A model generated the notes under the pieces. It was given only the letters and a program-made list of their open reading frames with translations. It searched no databases and had not been told where the DNA came from. Below, one piece after another: positions 24,230 to 37,400 of a stretch of DNA of 64,000 nucleotides. Numbering within the stretch: position 1 is the first letter of the stretch; each line of letters starts with the position of its first letter. This DNA comes from Tubiluchus corallicola (lineage: Eukaryota > Animalia > Priapulida). The stretch spans positions 124,001-188,000 of the forward strand of contig JAQGDQ010000345.1 in assembly GCA_030141605.1 (NCBI GenBank), written 5' to 3'. Both the position numbers and the translations under genes were made by a program.

Positions 24230-27209
24230 ACGTTTCGAATTACTAATTAGTATTGTCTAATGAAAAGTGATTGTTTAAGAAGCGGGTAATGTGTGATTTT
24301 TTTTATTTCTTGTTCAGACCTTTTCGACATTAATGCTTATTCATGAGATTCATCTATGACATTATTTGCTTGGTGTCATAGTAATCTATTATAATAAGAT
24401 AACAGCTTGTACCCAGCAAATTGAAATTAATGGAAATTTAATAAGCTGATAGCTTATTCTGGTCCTTTTTTTAATACAGTAGACTCTACATAATTCTAGT
24501 CTGTATAATTTGGAATATTGTTCATTTCATATAGATTCAATAGAATAGATTTGTTTCTGTATAACTTAACGCTTAAACAATCGGAAAACTCCGTATTTTA
24601 ACTCGGTATATTGCTGTATTCAGTATATTTTAGGAAAACAGTTTACTCAAAATCCATTGTATTTGCTTTGCATATCTCGGACACGCAGAAACATTGTCAA
24701 TACAATGAATGCGGATTTCCCGTCAGTTGAGATGTAAAAAAAACAGGAAAACTAATCTATTAATACTACTGCATATTTGTGCATGTGACACGTGCAAATT
24801 GCCTTGCTTCGTAAGGAATTTATATGCCTGTAATTGATTGATTCTACCCTTTTAATAAAATGGCAAAGTGGAACACAACATGTCGAACTTTGGAGGAAAA
24901 GTTGCAAAGAAACAGGAGAAAAAATTGACAAACATCAACTTTACATCAAATTAGGTAGTGACTAAAACTCGGATTAGAAGTGAAATTGGATATTTTGAAA
25001 GAGAGAGAGAGTAGGAAGGGAGAGAGAGAGAGACTGGAGAGAAAAAGAGCGCATGGGGAGAAAGGAGAGAAAGGGTGTTATAGAGAAACTGGTAGCATTT
25101 TATTTACCTTATGTAATGTTCAAAGCAAACTGATCATGTTTATACAGATTCCAAAGTTCTGATTGCTCAGACTTCCACTGTCCATATCAGTAGGCCCTGA
25201 CAGACTGTCTTTCTCAATAAATGCAGACGGCATTTTATGCACATATGCGGTTATTTCAAATTTCACTGCTGATCATATAATTATGATAACTGGATGGTTC
25301 TTCTTGAGTTGTTGTGCGGTGGGTAAGTAACTGCCATTAGGGCTGACTGCTGGGTATTTTTTATTATGCATTATTCAAACCAGCTTGAGTCGGTCGACAG
25401 TTAGACATTTTAAAGCAAACTAAGTAATATTTAGCTGTAAGCAGGCTTATATTTCAATAAATAGCTATCTAGGCACAAGCACACAATCAAAAAATGAATG
25501 CCAGAGTATGCACCTTCGCTAAACTCGGTTTATCGCAGTATCCTGACAGTTTCTTTGGCCCCTAATCGTCCAAATTACATGGAATTTACTGTGTTAGTTA
25601 AGATGTTGTTCATGACAGACTCTGTACAATGGTAATTTTTTTAATTGTAATTCTAAACATGTCCTAATAGTAGGTCTGAGTGATGTGAATTTTGCTGCTA
25701 GATCGTATCCCTTCTCCGGGCACATGAGTAATGCGAACCACTGCAGAAGGTTCACTCTGCTCTGTGTCTACACCATCTATTGATCATACTGAGAAAGCAG
25801 TTTCTTAGCAATCAATTGCAAACTACTTGATAGTAAAGCTTTCAGTTATTCACATCCCTCTGCAGTTTGAATGTAAAAACTTTGGAAGATATTTTCCTAA
25901 TTATGAGTGATACATTTTGCAAAGACAGAATTTTGTGAAATACGAAAAATGAACTTTTCTAAAAATTATACAGGTGCTTAATTATGGGAAGTTAAGTGTA
26001 CTTAATAACAAATTGATTGAATGAGGTCAGTTATTTTATGTTCACTTTTACAATTTTCTATGTTGTTGTGTAAAATTTGTCATCAAAGTTTAAATTGTAT
26101 TTTTCTATAAAATCAATATTTTTATTAGGATAATTACTATGCTCTGTGAAATAAAAACAAAATCAAATCAAAATGGTGCTATTTACGTCACATTTATTTG
26201 CGTACATTGTATAATTTATGTTATCACAGGCTTTATAAAATTTGCCACTCTTTAAGCTTGTAATAATTACTTAAAAACTGGATATTTAAGTAATATTCAT
26301 AAGTTATAATAGTTCTACTAATAAAAACTCTACACAAATCTACTCTACATACATGCAACTACCTAAAATGGATACTATGTACAATGTAACATGTGCATTT
26401 TCGTCTATGTAAAATGTTACTGTATTTAGGCTAGTGCAAAGTACTAGTTTATAAGTTTGGTTAAACTTCAATATTGTAAATAGCTTAAGCAGAACTGCAA
26501 AATATAAACAACAAATGGAAATTTTTCAAGATTCCTAATTTTTCTGTAAGCCTTCTGGTGCCTATAGGGTAATCCAGCCCTGGCCATTACATGGGTTTTA
26601 ATATACATGTAAAATTTATCATTCAAGGAAGCTAACTGATAGCTTTGCAGGCTTACCTATTCTTGGTAAAACAAATGCTCATGTGTTAAATAACTCTACT
26701 TCGCAATTTGTTCTAATACTAGGTTAAGTACACTACAGCTTTAGCCATATAGAATAGTATATAACTTACGAATGGAATAATATTTCTAATAGTATGTGAA
26801 ACTGCTGTAAAATATAATTTAAAAATATTTATATATCACAATGAATGGAATTTTGTGCTATTAGAATCAAGATCTAATTAAACTAAAGTAATCATTTAAA
26901 ATATTACAATAATAGACTAGCTGTGCTTCAACACATGCAAACAAACAAGTAAATAAAAACATTACACATCAATAAGGCAAAGCACTTGCTTGGTTGGTTT
27001 GCGGGCTGCCAAGCATCACTTTTGCACGATGAAGTTTTTTACAGTTTTTCTACAATAATTAAGGACATTCATAAATTGTATAGATGAACCCTGGTGATAC
27101 GATTTTTATGGGACAAAGCATTTTATAACTCGCATGTGCAATATCACTGTGCAATACATACATTTTTAGACTTGACAAATTTGGTTTATGAAAGATCCCT
27201 GGAAGCTAC

Positions 27210-27367
27210 AAACGTGTTGAAATGCATCACTAGAACTGCCTATAATACTCAGTACTAATCAACTTATCCTAATTGAAATCGCCTTAAACGTGTTGAAATG
27301 TGTCACGTAGAACTACTGCCTATGTCAGATTCGTATTTAACTCTCAGTACTAATCAACTTATCCTAA
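27210..27367. repeat. Imperfect tandem duplication (~63-80 bp) in the presumed PDZD8 3'UTR
   Basis: AAACGTGTTGAAATG...CTCAGTACTAATCAACTTATCCTAA occurs at 27210-27272 and 27286-27367. Confidence 0.8.
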
Positions 27368-28479
27368 AAGGAAAATTGCCAGTCTAAACATGTTTTTCCA
27401 ATATTTTAAAAATAGCAAATAAATTACTTAAACCGAATTTGTTACTTTCGTTGCATTTTGTTTGGTCTGCCATTTGTGACAAAAATATTTTATTACAGGC
27501 ATTAATGAATAGCCTCCATGCAGAAAAAATGTGTGTTTAAAAGCTTTGCAATCAGAACCTGTGTGTTGTTTGAAAAGGCTACCAGTCATGCTACCATATT
27601 AACAAACTAGCATGCTAATTTCTGAATTTTTTAGTGTAATCTTATTGTGCACAGTAGACAAGTAGCAATAATTTTATGAGGCATTACATAGGTGCCGCTT
27701 TAATAGACTTTAGGAACGCGGTGTTTTGACCCAGTTAACTGACTGAATCTATTAACTAACGGGTGTAATGAATTACTAGTATGAATCATCACTCTTCAGT
27801 TTAGTAGGCACTGCAAAGGCTATGAGAGCTCTAAATGTTAGGTTTTATGTTTATGTTTCATTAGTTGTTCTATGATGTTTGTGCTTGTAGAGTTGCAAAA
27901 AACTGTTAGATTACTGTCACTAGCATTACAGAAGTATTGCTTTATTTATTTCCTGGTCAGGTTATACTCTGCAGTCTAAATGCCGACAAGTAGCCATACT
28001 TTTGAAAATTGTACTACAAGTTTTCATTTTCATATAAACGTATTGAAGAAATTTCGGCAAAACATCGTAGGTTTTCTTACTAACAAATTTTGTAATAACT
28101 GTGGACTTACTAGTTTTATTCCAAATTTGGCCAGAATTTTGAAAATTATCGTATTACCTGGAGTTTGGTTAAAAGCCTAACCATATAATCCAGATTTGAC
28201 TATAGTAACTAGACAGTGCTATTCTATAAATATACTTTTCTTGCGTAATTGAGATAATTTTTAATAGCGGCTGCTGCTGGAAACTAAGTGTTGACAATAT
28301 CTCAAATTGTTGTTAAGCCCAGCTAAACAACATGCCAAAAAATGTTGTCTACTCAGACAACAGCATACGTGTGTATACTTATGCAGGGTTTTAGATCATT
28401 AATGTCACCTACTGGACAACATGCTCCACCGCCTATTAAAAGCAAATTAATAACTATACAGCAAAGAAGCGAACTTGGC

Positions 28480-31400
28480 TCACGACTCTAAACCAATAAA
28501 TGTTCCACTGCTCTCAGTTTCACGGATGGAAGGCTCCTCTTCATTTGTCTCTCTCTCCAACTCAAGGCATGTCTGCAACCCTGAGCAGTAATGTAACATC
28601 ATAAGGGCTAATGCCTGGATCTTCTCATCCGATTTAGAAATGGCATTCTCGAAGCTTTCTTGTCGTTTGACAGAGCTCACCGTTTTTTGAGCTTTCACTA
28701 ACTCGTTCCGGTGTTCCGTTTCTTCATCAATGTTCACCTGCAGCTTCGATATCTTGAAAATAAAAAAAATTGCACAGAAACTATTTTTGCAGAAAAAATT
28801 TAGAAGAGAAGTAGGTTTATTAATAGTGTACCTTACTGTACTATATATACACATATGCATATATAGTAAGCTATGTATAACTCAAGCTGGTATAACTCGA
28901 ATTCTTCTGTATCTCGAACAGATCTCATGGAAGGGATTTTCCCTTCCATTTTCCCTTTAGCAAACATCGTGTAACTTGAATTATCGCGTAACTCAAACCA
29001 AATGCTATTAGAGGTGAACCAGTAATTTCATTTTTACATTTTTGTTTGATATTAGGTTACTAGTATATTGTCGAACGTTGATGAGTGACTCAATCTTGTT
29101 TTCTTACAGACATAGTCTAACTTGTACTTTCACATAACTTGAACAAGTTTTCCAGTTTCGACTTACATATAGTTTACTGTATATATATATATATATATAT
29201 ATATTACGTCACACGCGAACTCAATAGCACACTAAGCAATAAAATGTCGCATGTTGAACATAGTCATATTAACACATCTTATGTTTGTACCAACGATGCA
29301 CACTAGCTAGTAGAACTAGGTAAATACATTTTAAAAAAGCTACTGCATATTATTGTAACACTGTTTTTTTATCAAGCTATATAAGCAATATGTCAGTAAT
29401 GAAAATCGTCGGTGCTGATATTGCTGGCTAACAATAACTGATAAGGTGGAGTATGAAAAGTGAAATTAATTTTTTCGGTTATGGGTACCACGTGCCCATC
29501 CTGATCTATGCCTATTCTATTTTGGTTTTTTCTATTGATCATAATTAATTCTGGGTGTATAATGTGGTTTTATACAAATGTAAATATATATAGTTTATAC
29601 GAGCCAACAAATAAACTAAAATGTGAGGTGCATAATTTGTGAACCTAGGAATCCTCTTTTCACAGTTTTTAATATTTCATTCATACATCAAACGAGGGTC
29701 TTCAACAAAAATTTCTCATTGGTGTCTATTTTTTCAAACTGGATCAATCCAGAGAAACTGAGAGCAAAATACCCATGTTCAGGTGTTTCTTTGCTCTTTT
29801 TCGCAAAAAATAAACTTCTTAGTTTGAAAGAATAGAAATATGACAGGGGTTAAGCTAGTAATGATTCGAAAATCAGTCGACAGCAAATGTTATAGGTCTA
29901 CTTTTCCAAAACATGCCCATCCAGTTATTTCACAATTTTGCCCAAATTCTTAGTACAGTGGAACTTCGACTTACGAAAACCCTATTATACGAAAAATTCA
30001 GAATACGAATCGGGCTTCGCAGAAATTTCTGTCCCATTCAACGAAGAAATATTCAAGATACGAAAATCAAAAGTGCCGCCCGACAGGGATCCTCCCAGAA
30101 TGCATTTTGCAGCATCACGTGAACGCTTTGTTGTGCTCTTATCTCACGTGAACGGATTCAATAACCATGGGTCCGAAAAAAGTAAGTGCCAGTGGTAATG
30201 ATAAGAATAAAATGATGATGTCGTCGATGGAAGCAAAGCTTAAAACTATAGCTAATATGAAAGAGGCATGCATTTAAGTGCTATTGCAAGGGAGTATGAA
30301 CGAAACCCTTCGACGATCGGTCATTAACGAACATATTTCTTTTGGGTGGGTACAATATCTTCACTTTATACGACTGTTTGGGGGGGGGGATAGAACCAAT
30401 TACGCCATTTATAGGGTAAATCTTGTCTCATAATACGAAAATTCTAAGATACACAAGCCCCTCTGGAACGAATTAATTTCGTATCTTGAGGTATCACTGT
30501 ATAAAAAACATTGAAGTGTACGTTACGAGGTCTCAAACTCAGTTCCTTGTTCCGTAGATGAGAGAGAATTTATGAACATTTAGAACCAAATTCCATTTTG
30601 GGGACTTTGCTATGTGAATTACAGGATGCCCAGCCATTGTTATTACATTGTCAATTATAGTTTACCCACCTTATCGTTCAGCTTTTCTTTTCTCTCTTTT
30701 AGTGGTTCTTTACAGTAGAGTTCTTTTCCCATTTCTTTAGCGGCCATGGCAAGGTATTCGCTGCTGGGATCCGTAGCTTGGACTGTCATGAGCCTCTTAA
30801 TCACCTGATCTACCTCTTCTTCTGTGCTGTTTTCACGACTTAAAGTTGGCATATGTGAAGTCAAGCTGTGCTGTAATCAGCAAAATCATGGTGCAGTAGT
30901 TAGTTGGAAAAAGTTCAAGATTCGTTTATTCAATGAACTGTGAACATAACACAGATTTAGCTAATCATTGCTGTAGTATATTACACAGAACACTCTCATA
31001 ACATTTACAGGTATATGAATAACGGTTGTGCAAATTATTACAGTTTAGAGAAGTAAGATTGACTCAATTTTTTCTGATAGAGACATTTACTGCAAATTAA
31101 CAGAGGTCTGCTTGCAAAGCTAAAAACACCTAATAAACAAATTAATTTTCTTGTTGTTGAACTAACAAATTTATAGCATGGCAAACTGTCAAACTTTTAT
31201 TACAATTTTATTACTCTCACACATATTATATTATATAAAATATGTATATATATTATATATATACATCATAATAATTATTGCTATATACTTATATAATTAT
31301 AATTATAATTAATAATTTATAATTACGTAATGATGAATTATATTTGGCTAACTCAGTCACTTTTAGCTACTAAACTACATAGCGTCTTTTGTGTGAAAAT

Positions 31401-34400
31401 CATCCCTTAATATTTTCTACCCTTAACACAAGTAAAAGCGGTAAATCTTCTTCCAAATGTCTACAAAAGAGGTTGATTTAAAGGAAATGTTCACCTTTAA
31501 TGCATGCCATAATCACTTTCAAGCCCTAACATCGAACGAAGCCAACTAGAAGCTGAAACACTGAAATAATGCAAAAGTGAATAATAGATTTTGCTAGAAT
31601 ATGTTAATTATTGTTGTTTAGTTTTGCTTGTGTGCTGTTAATTTACCTTTCGAGTCACACCAGGACTTGACTGTGGGGAAGGCGGTAAACTTTTTGACAC
31701 TTGACTTCCTTGAGGTGGGGCAAGGAGCACTGGCTCTTGAGAAACAGTCCTGTAAGCAAAGGAGAAACATTGCCAAACATGCTACCCAGCAAGAAAAAAT
31801 GTAAATGCCACCACAATTACCCCCTTGCAATATATCCAACAATGCAGTTATAACCCATAACACTCTCAGAACAAACTACAACATTCAAACAAAATAAAAC
31901 CCCACGGGTCTTACAAATAAGACAGACAGCCAATTCCATTTTCCAGTACACTTCTCTTTGGAACCAATAAATGTCATGCTGTTTGGTACTATTTTTATTT
32001 CGCCATTTTAACGTTTAAAAGCTTTTTTGTTTTGTTTGCTTATTTTAAGTTCTTTTGCGATTACAATCTTAACTTTCTTTTTTTGGGTTTTTCTGCTTAT
32101 TTTCATTATGTATTAAGTCACAATGTTTGTTCAATTTGTGTCTGTATATCTGCAAAATTTTTGTTTGTTTAGCTATGTATATTTATTTTTCTTAATTTTA
32201 AATTCCTGAAAGTACTAATCAGGACTTTGTTTCAAACGAGCTTTGCTCAATCAAGTTATCCTGAATAGATATCTTTTTTTTTCTTATTTTGATAAGTTTG
32301 ACAACTGTCTGTTTATAGTTATTTGTGGTTCCTTTCATTAGTGCCAGTACTATTTGCACATAACTGCTTACTAAAATGCTGTATTGTTTCATTCTTGTCA
32401 TTATGGCCTTAGTAATCCACCATTTTCATGCTTATAAACACTGTAACAATCGAACCTACCAGAAAGTACAATATCACGTTGATGGTAATATGTAATCTGC
32501 TAAAAAAATCAAGATTCATGCTAAACCAGTCTCCAGACTTTCAAGACGATTTAGCATCACTATTCTCTGAAGCCTACAGGCTTGCACAGTGTCAGTAGAA
32601 ATTGTCATTGTTTTTAGGAAAATAGAAACAAAAATAGAAATTTTAGCTTCAGCGACTAAGCATTTTCAGTTGCCCTATCAGAAACTAAACATAAACAAGC
32701 ACTAACATTGTGCAGCTAAATTGGCTTTACTCCGAAATAATACTTAACAAAATGCTGCTGTTCATACGGCTTTCACCAAATGAAAATTTGCAAGTCTCAT
32801 TATGCAAATTAAACTCAAATTCACTTTTTGGTCGAACAAAAAATTTGAATAGAATAAATACCTCATCTCAAACTGCACAAGTGAGTAATTTTATGAAACC
32901 AAATAACACTAAAATTAGAATATTATAGCTTTCAGTCACGTTTCACACTTTAATACAAAAATAAAACCCATTAAGGCATTGGTAGTATGAAAGACAAAAA
33001 TAAACATCTTACTTCTGAGAGCCTAAGCTGTGAGTCCTGTGATGTTCAACAGGAGTCACGGGAGGTGACGAGCTTTCAGCGCTTGACGACTCGGCACCAT
33101 GCTCCAATTCCGATCTAAGCTGTGATGCTCGACCAATGACCGTGTCTGATTTAGATACAGATGGACGCTTTATACCCATGCGTCTTCAGAAAACAAAATT
33201 AAAACATTCATTATTAATGCTAATTAACACCTGTAGAACAACACGGCTGAAAATTCAACTGGCATTTTCAAAATTCTACTTTCATTTCTGATAATTCTAT
33301 TGTGTTTGTTGGCAAAAATGGCTACAAAGACAAACAAATAATAGAAAAAATTTGCTAAAGAATATAATATGTGCAGACATGTTCAACGTATATACGATTT
33401 ATTTCAAACTATTTTATAAAGCACATTCATCGGGTTAGCTATAAAACACATTCATCAGGTTAGTTACATAAAATAAATAACAAAAAAACAGTCCATTAGT
33501 AATTTAAAAAGTAGTAGTTTTTACATAAATAAAAAGTGCCATTAAGCCAAATACATTATGCCATATCGACTTTGTTTTTACGTTACAGGATCACAAGTTA
33601 TTCGCAACATATATAAATATCATTTAACTGCTGACTGACTAAAAAAGAAAATTTTTTTCTGTTTAAGTCGTCTAAATTTTAAGACATTTTGAACAAATGA
33701 GAGTTGTGCCTTGAATAATAATGAAGTTTGATTTGAAAATTTGAAAATTAAGTTTTGAAACAACAGAGTGTCACAAAATACACAAATACATTTTAAGATT
33801 ATTCATTCATATTATGTGTGTTAAGTTTTCAAATATGTAGCCTCTGAAAGATGAAGGTACGAAATTATAAAGACAATAATGAATCAAGCAGTAAAAATAC
33901 CCCAAGCAATGAGTTTGAGCTTCGCATCTTGCAAGGCATTTTCTGTGGCAAATCATATCACAAACTTGGCATTGGAATGCCACCTTGAGCCAAATCTGCA
34001 ACATCAATGTGGTGAAAACTTATTTTGTTATTGGTATAGTTAACTTCAACATTGAATTGTAAAACCACTTGGTTAACAATGTGTCCTCTATCTTCATACT
34101 CAGTAGTTTTCCATGCATAGAAACAAATGGTACCAACCAAGCAAGCAGTGCTGCTGTATTAATTAATGAAAGTATAGCAAGTCCTCGTTTTACAATGGTT
34201 CTAATGCATTCCAGCAAAATATTAAATGAAGCAATATAGGAATTTTCTTTCCATATAGAAGACAATGTAAAAGCATAGAAAAGCCTCCAAGACAAGAAAT
34301 AAATTCATAATACTTAGCTTGCAAAAACTGAGGTTTTTATGAGTTTTAAGTCTTACATTTATAAAATATTTGCTCACTAACAGACAGAATAACTACTTAC

Positions 34401-37400
34401 TGCAGAAATGATTTGCACGAAATTACAGGTAATAATTTCGTAGGCTCAGCTATTGCAACGAAATTCAGATTTCTAATTATAATTTCCTCCAATTAAACGA
34501 ACCTTTGCTAACCAGGGTGTCATTAAGCTAGTGCTTATGTACTTGATATTACATATGATACAATATCCATCACATGACATAACACTATACAATACGACAT
34601 CATGACAGTGAAAATCCAAGATGTGAAACCACTCTTGATAAGTGACCAGTATTGCAAACATCACTATTCAAATCACTAAGAAATTGTGGAAGCCAATCAT
34701 AAATGCATACATCCGACATATGGATTTATGTCGTATACATCATTCCTAAAATTAACTTATGTTTACTAAATTGTACAGATTGATATTTCATACATGCATA
34801 AGTGTAAATTCAGTGACAGCATCAAATAGTGCAATATGTTTTTTTACAAGTGCATAAAACCACTATTGCAATAAATACATTGTTTATATGTGTCGGATAC
34901 AGTAAACACCATAGCTTACCTTTTTACCACAGTAGTGACAAAGTGTTGATGAGGTAAACTGAGTACCAATAAATACGTGCTCAGCTTCTTCCTGAGACCT
35001 ACAAATCATAAAATTTATTTTATTTTAATTTAACTCATTGGCATATATAACATCAAACACTTACAGGAATTATTGCTATGTAAACTTAATTTTCTTAGTT
35101 TTTTGTTGTTGCATTCTCTCAGCCGTACATTTTAGATGGGCAACAGAAAAGTATCGAGCATGAAATACGTAATGTACCTAAACAATAGAACACAATCTAC
35201 CCAGGATATTAAAGCAGTCTTGCGATGTATAACGGCATACAGCAATACTTCAATTTTTGCTGTCACACTTGCACACGAAATGCACATTGAAACGTCCTGC
35301 CAGTTGGGAATTTTATCCACTTGTGATGTCATCACTAGCTGTGGGTCGTTAATTAAGTTAAACTAGTATTTAATGTAGAGAAACATTTTTGGTTATTATT
35401 ATTATTATTATTACTATAGGTAAAAAATTAAATGAATATTTTAACTTATAGGGAAATTACGAGGTATAGTCTGAAAAATCGAACCCATTTGCCTTTAAAA
35501 TTGAAAATAAAGATATCAAAATTAAGATAACAAAAGATAATGCATAGACAAATAACGTTTTTAAGCCTCGCCAACTAAAACCACCAATTACTTTACCTCA
35601 CAAATACTACAACTTATATGGCCTATGACTGCTGATCTGCTGAGCATGTTTAAAATATTTTTTTACATATTGTGCAAGCTAACACTATGCAATAATTTGT
35701 TATTCTCAGCTGTAATAATCTCATTTTTTGCCAAGTATTAGACTGATTAATGCAATTATGTGTACAGTGATTGTAATTACAATTCTGAGCCAACTTGCTT
35801 TACAGTTTTAGAAAACTGATATTAAAACTCCCAAATGAAAAAACACTCCATTACATTGAGCCATGTGCAATATTAATGATGACGCCGACAGCTGAAATCA
35901 CATTATACATTGACTACTTACGAAGGCGCTTCTGCTTTTTTGTCTACATGAACAAAACCGTCATCATCGCTGTCCTTTTCTTGATAGCTGACAACATCAT
36001 CTGCTATGCTGCTTAGCCCAATACGCTTTCCGGGATGATGTTTGAAGAGAACAGTGACGTCACCGTAGCACAAGCTAAGATCAAAACCAGGATGTCGTGC
36101 CAGGTTCTTCAAGCGACTGTTATCAAAAAAGCCACTTTTTAGAATAACACGATTTATTAGCAGACGCATTTTGATCCTATTCATTTCATCAGTAAGCATT
36201 AATACATAAATAAATTACATACATACAAACAAACCCCAGGACTCCAATTTTATAAAAAAAACCGATATAGTAATAACAGTGTAAAAATTCATAATCTACA
36301 TATCAAATTTAAGATTGTGGATATTTACACTGTCATTAGCACTTCTGCTTTTGGTAATTGTACATTTTTAACAGAAAAAATGTACCAGGCATCTGTTTCT
36401 ATTAAGAGAGTACAACACTTAATAAGCAACCAGATACAAATAAGCCATCACACTGTTGGCATGACTAAGTATTAAACATAAAACATTAAACATTGAGTCA
36501 TTAATAACCAAGGCAAGCAGTAGCCCCATTTACTTTTTTATATTAAATGTTTTTAATTAAAAAATAGATATTAACTATATATACTGCAATTACTGCACAG
36601 TTAACTAGGATTGTTACGTAATCATAATTACCAATTTACAAGCCTACCACCCACTTTATTTTCTACATGGCAAACAGCAAATGTGCTGCGCCAATTTTCT
36701 GGATGGGAAGTGAGCACTGTTACCACTGAGCTAGCTTGCTGGCAAAGCAATAAACAAAAGAATGCTAAAAGAAATGTACCTAGCACTGGGTCTAAGTTCA
36801 GGAGGCCAAAGGCTATATGTTTCTTGAAAGGCCGAGGATTTGGTAAGAGCACATTCCAATGCGATGTCCATTAGTGAAATAGTTTGCTGTAAAACAAGAT
36901 TATTATCATCCAAATAAAAACCAATTAATAGTTTGCTGTATATAAACTTATGTACGAAAATAAGTGTGTTTGTGGGTTTACTTTTACATTCAATTAAATG
37001 ACTTTACAGACTGTGAATTGCAATGAAATCTAGCATTCTACTGGAGTTGAATGAGGACAGTGTCTCGATCAAACTTTGACTTTCCCAACGCCTTCCCCAC
37101 AAACATTAGGCAATCTGATGTATGAGAAAATATATGCTTCAATGATTAAATACAGGTAAAATGAAAAAAGTAACATTATAATAAAAGACTTGGTTAAAAT
37201 TTTTTCTTGACAATAGAAACACATTAATTCTTCAGCTAGGTTAACACCAAAAACTGAAATAGTATTGAAATACAATGAGTATTAAACAGTGCAGAATAGG
37301 ACATACAGCCTTTATAAAGTCAAATGTAATAGTTTAGCTAGAACTAATATTCAATAAAAAAATGAGACACTATTATAAAAAACTATAAAAAGACAGTTTT

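Noticed and set aside
24980-25162. 60-aa E/R/K-rich ORF
   Set aside because: Derived from a GA-rich simple repeat.
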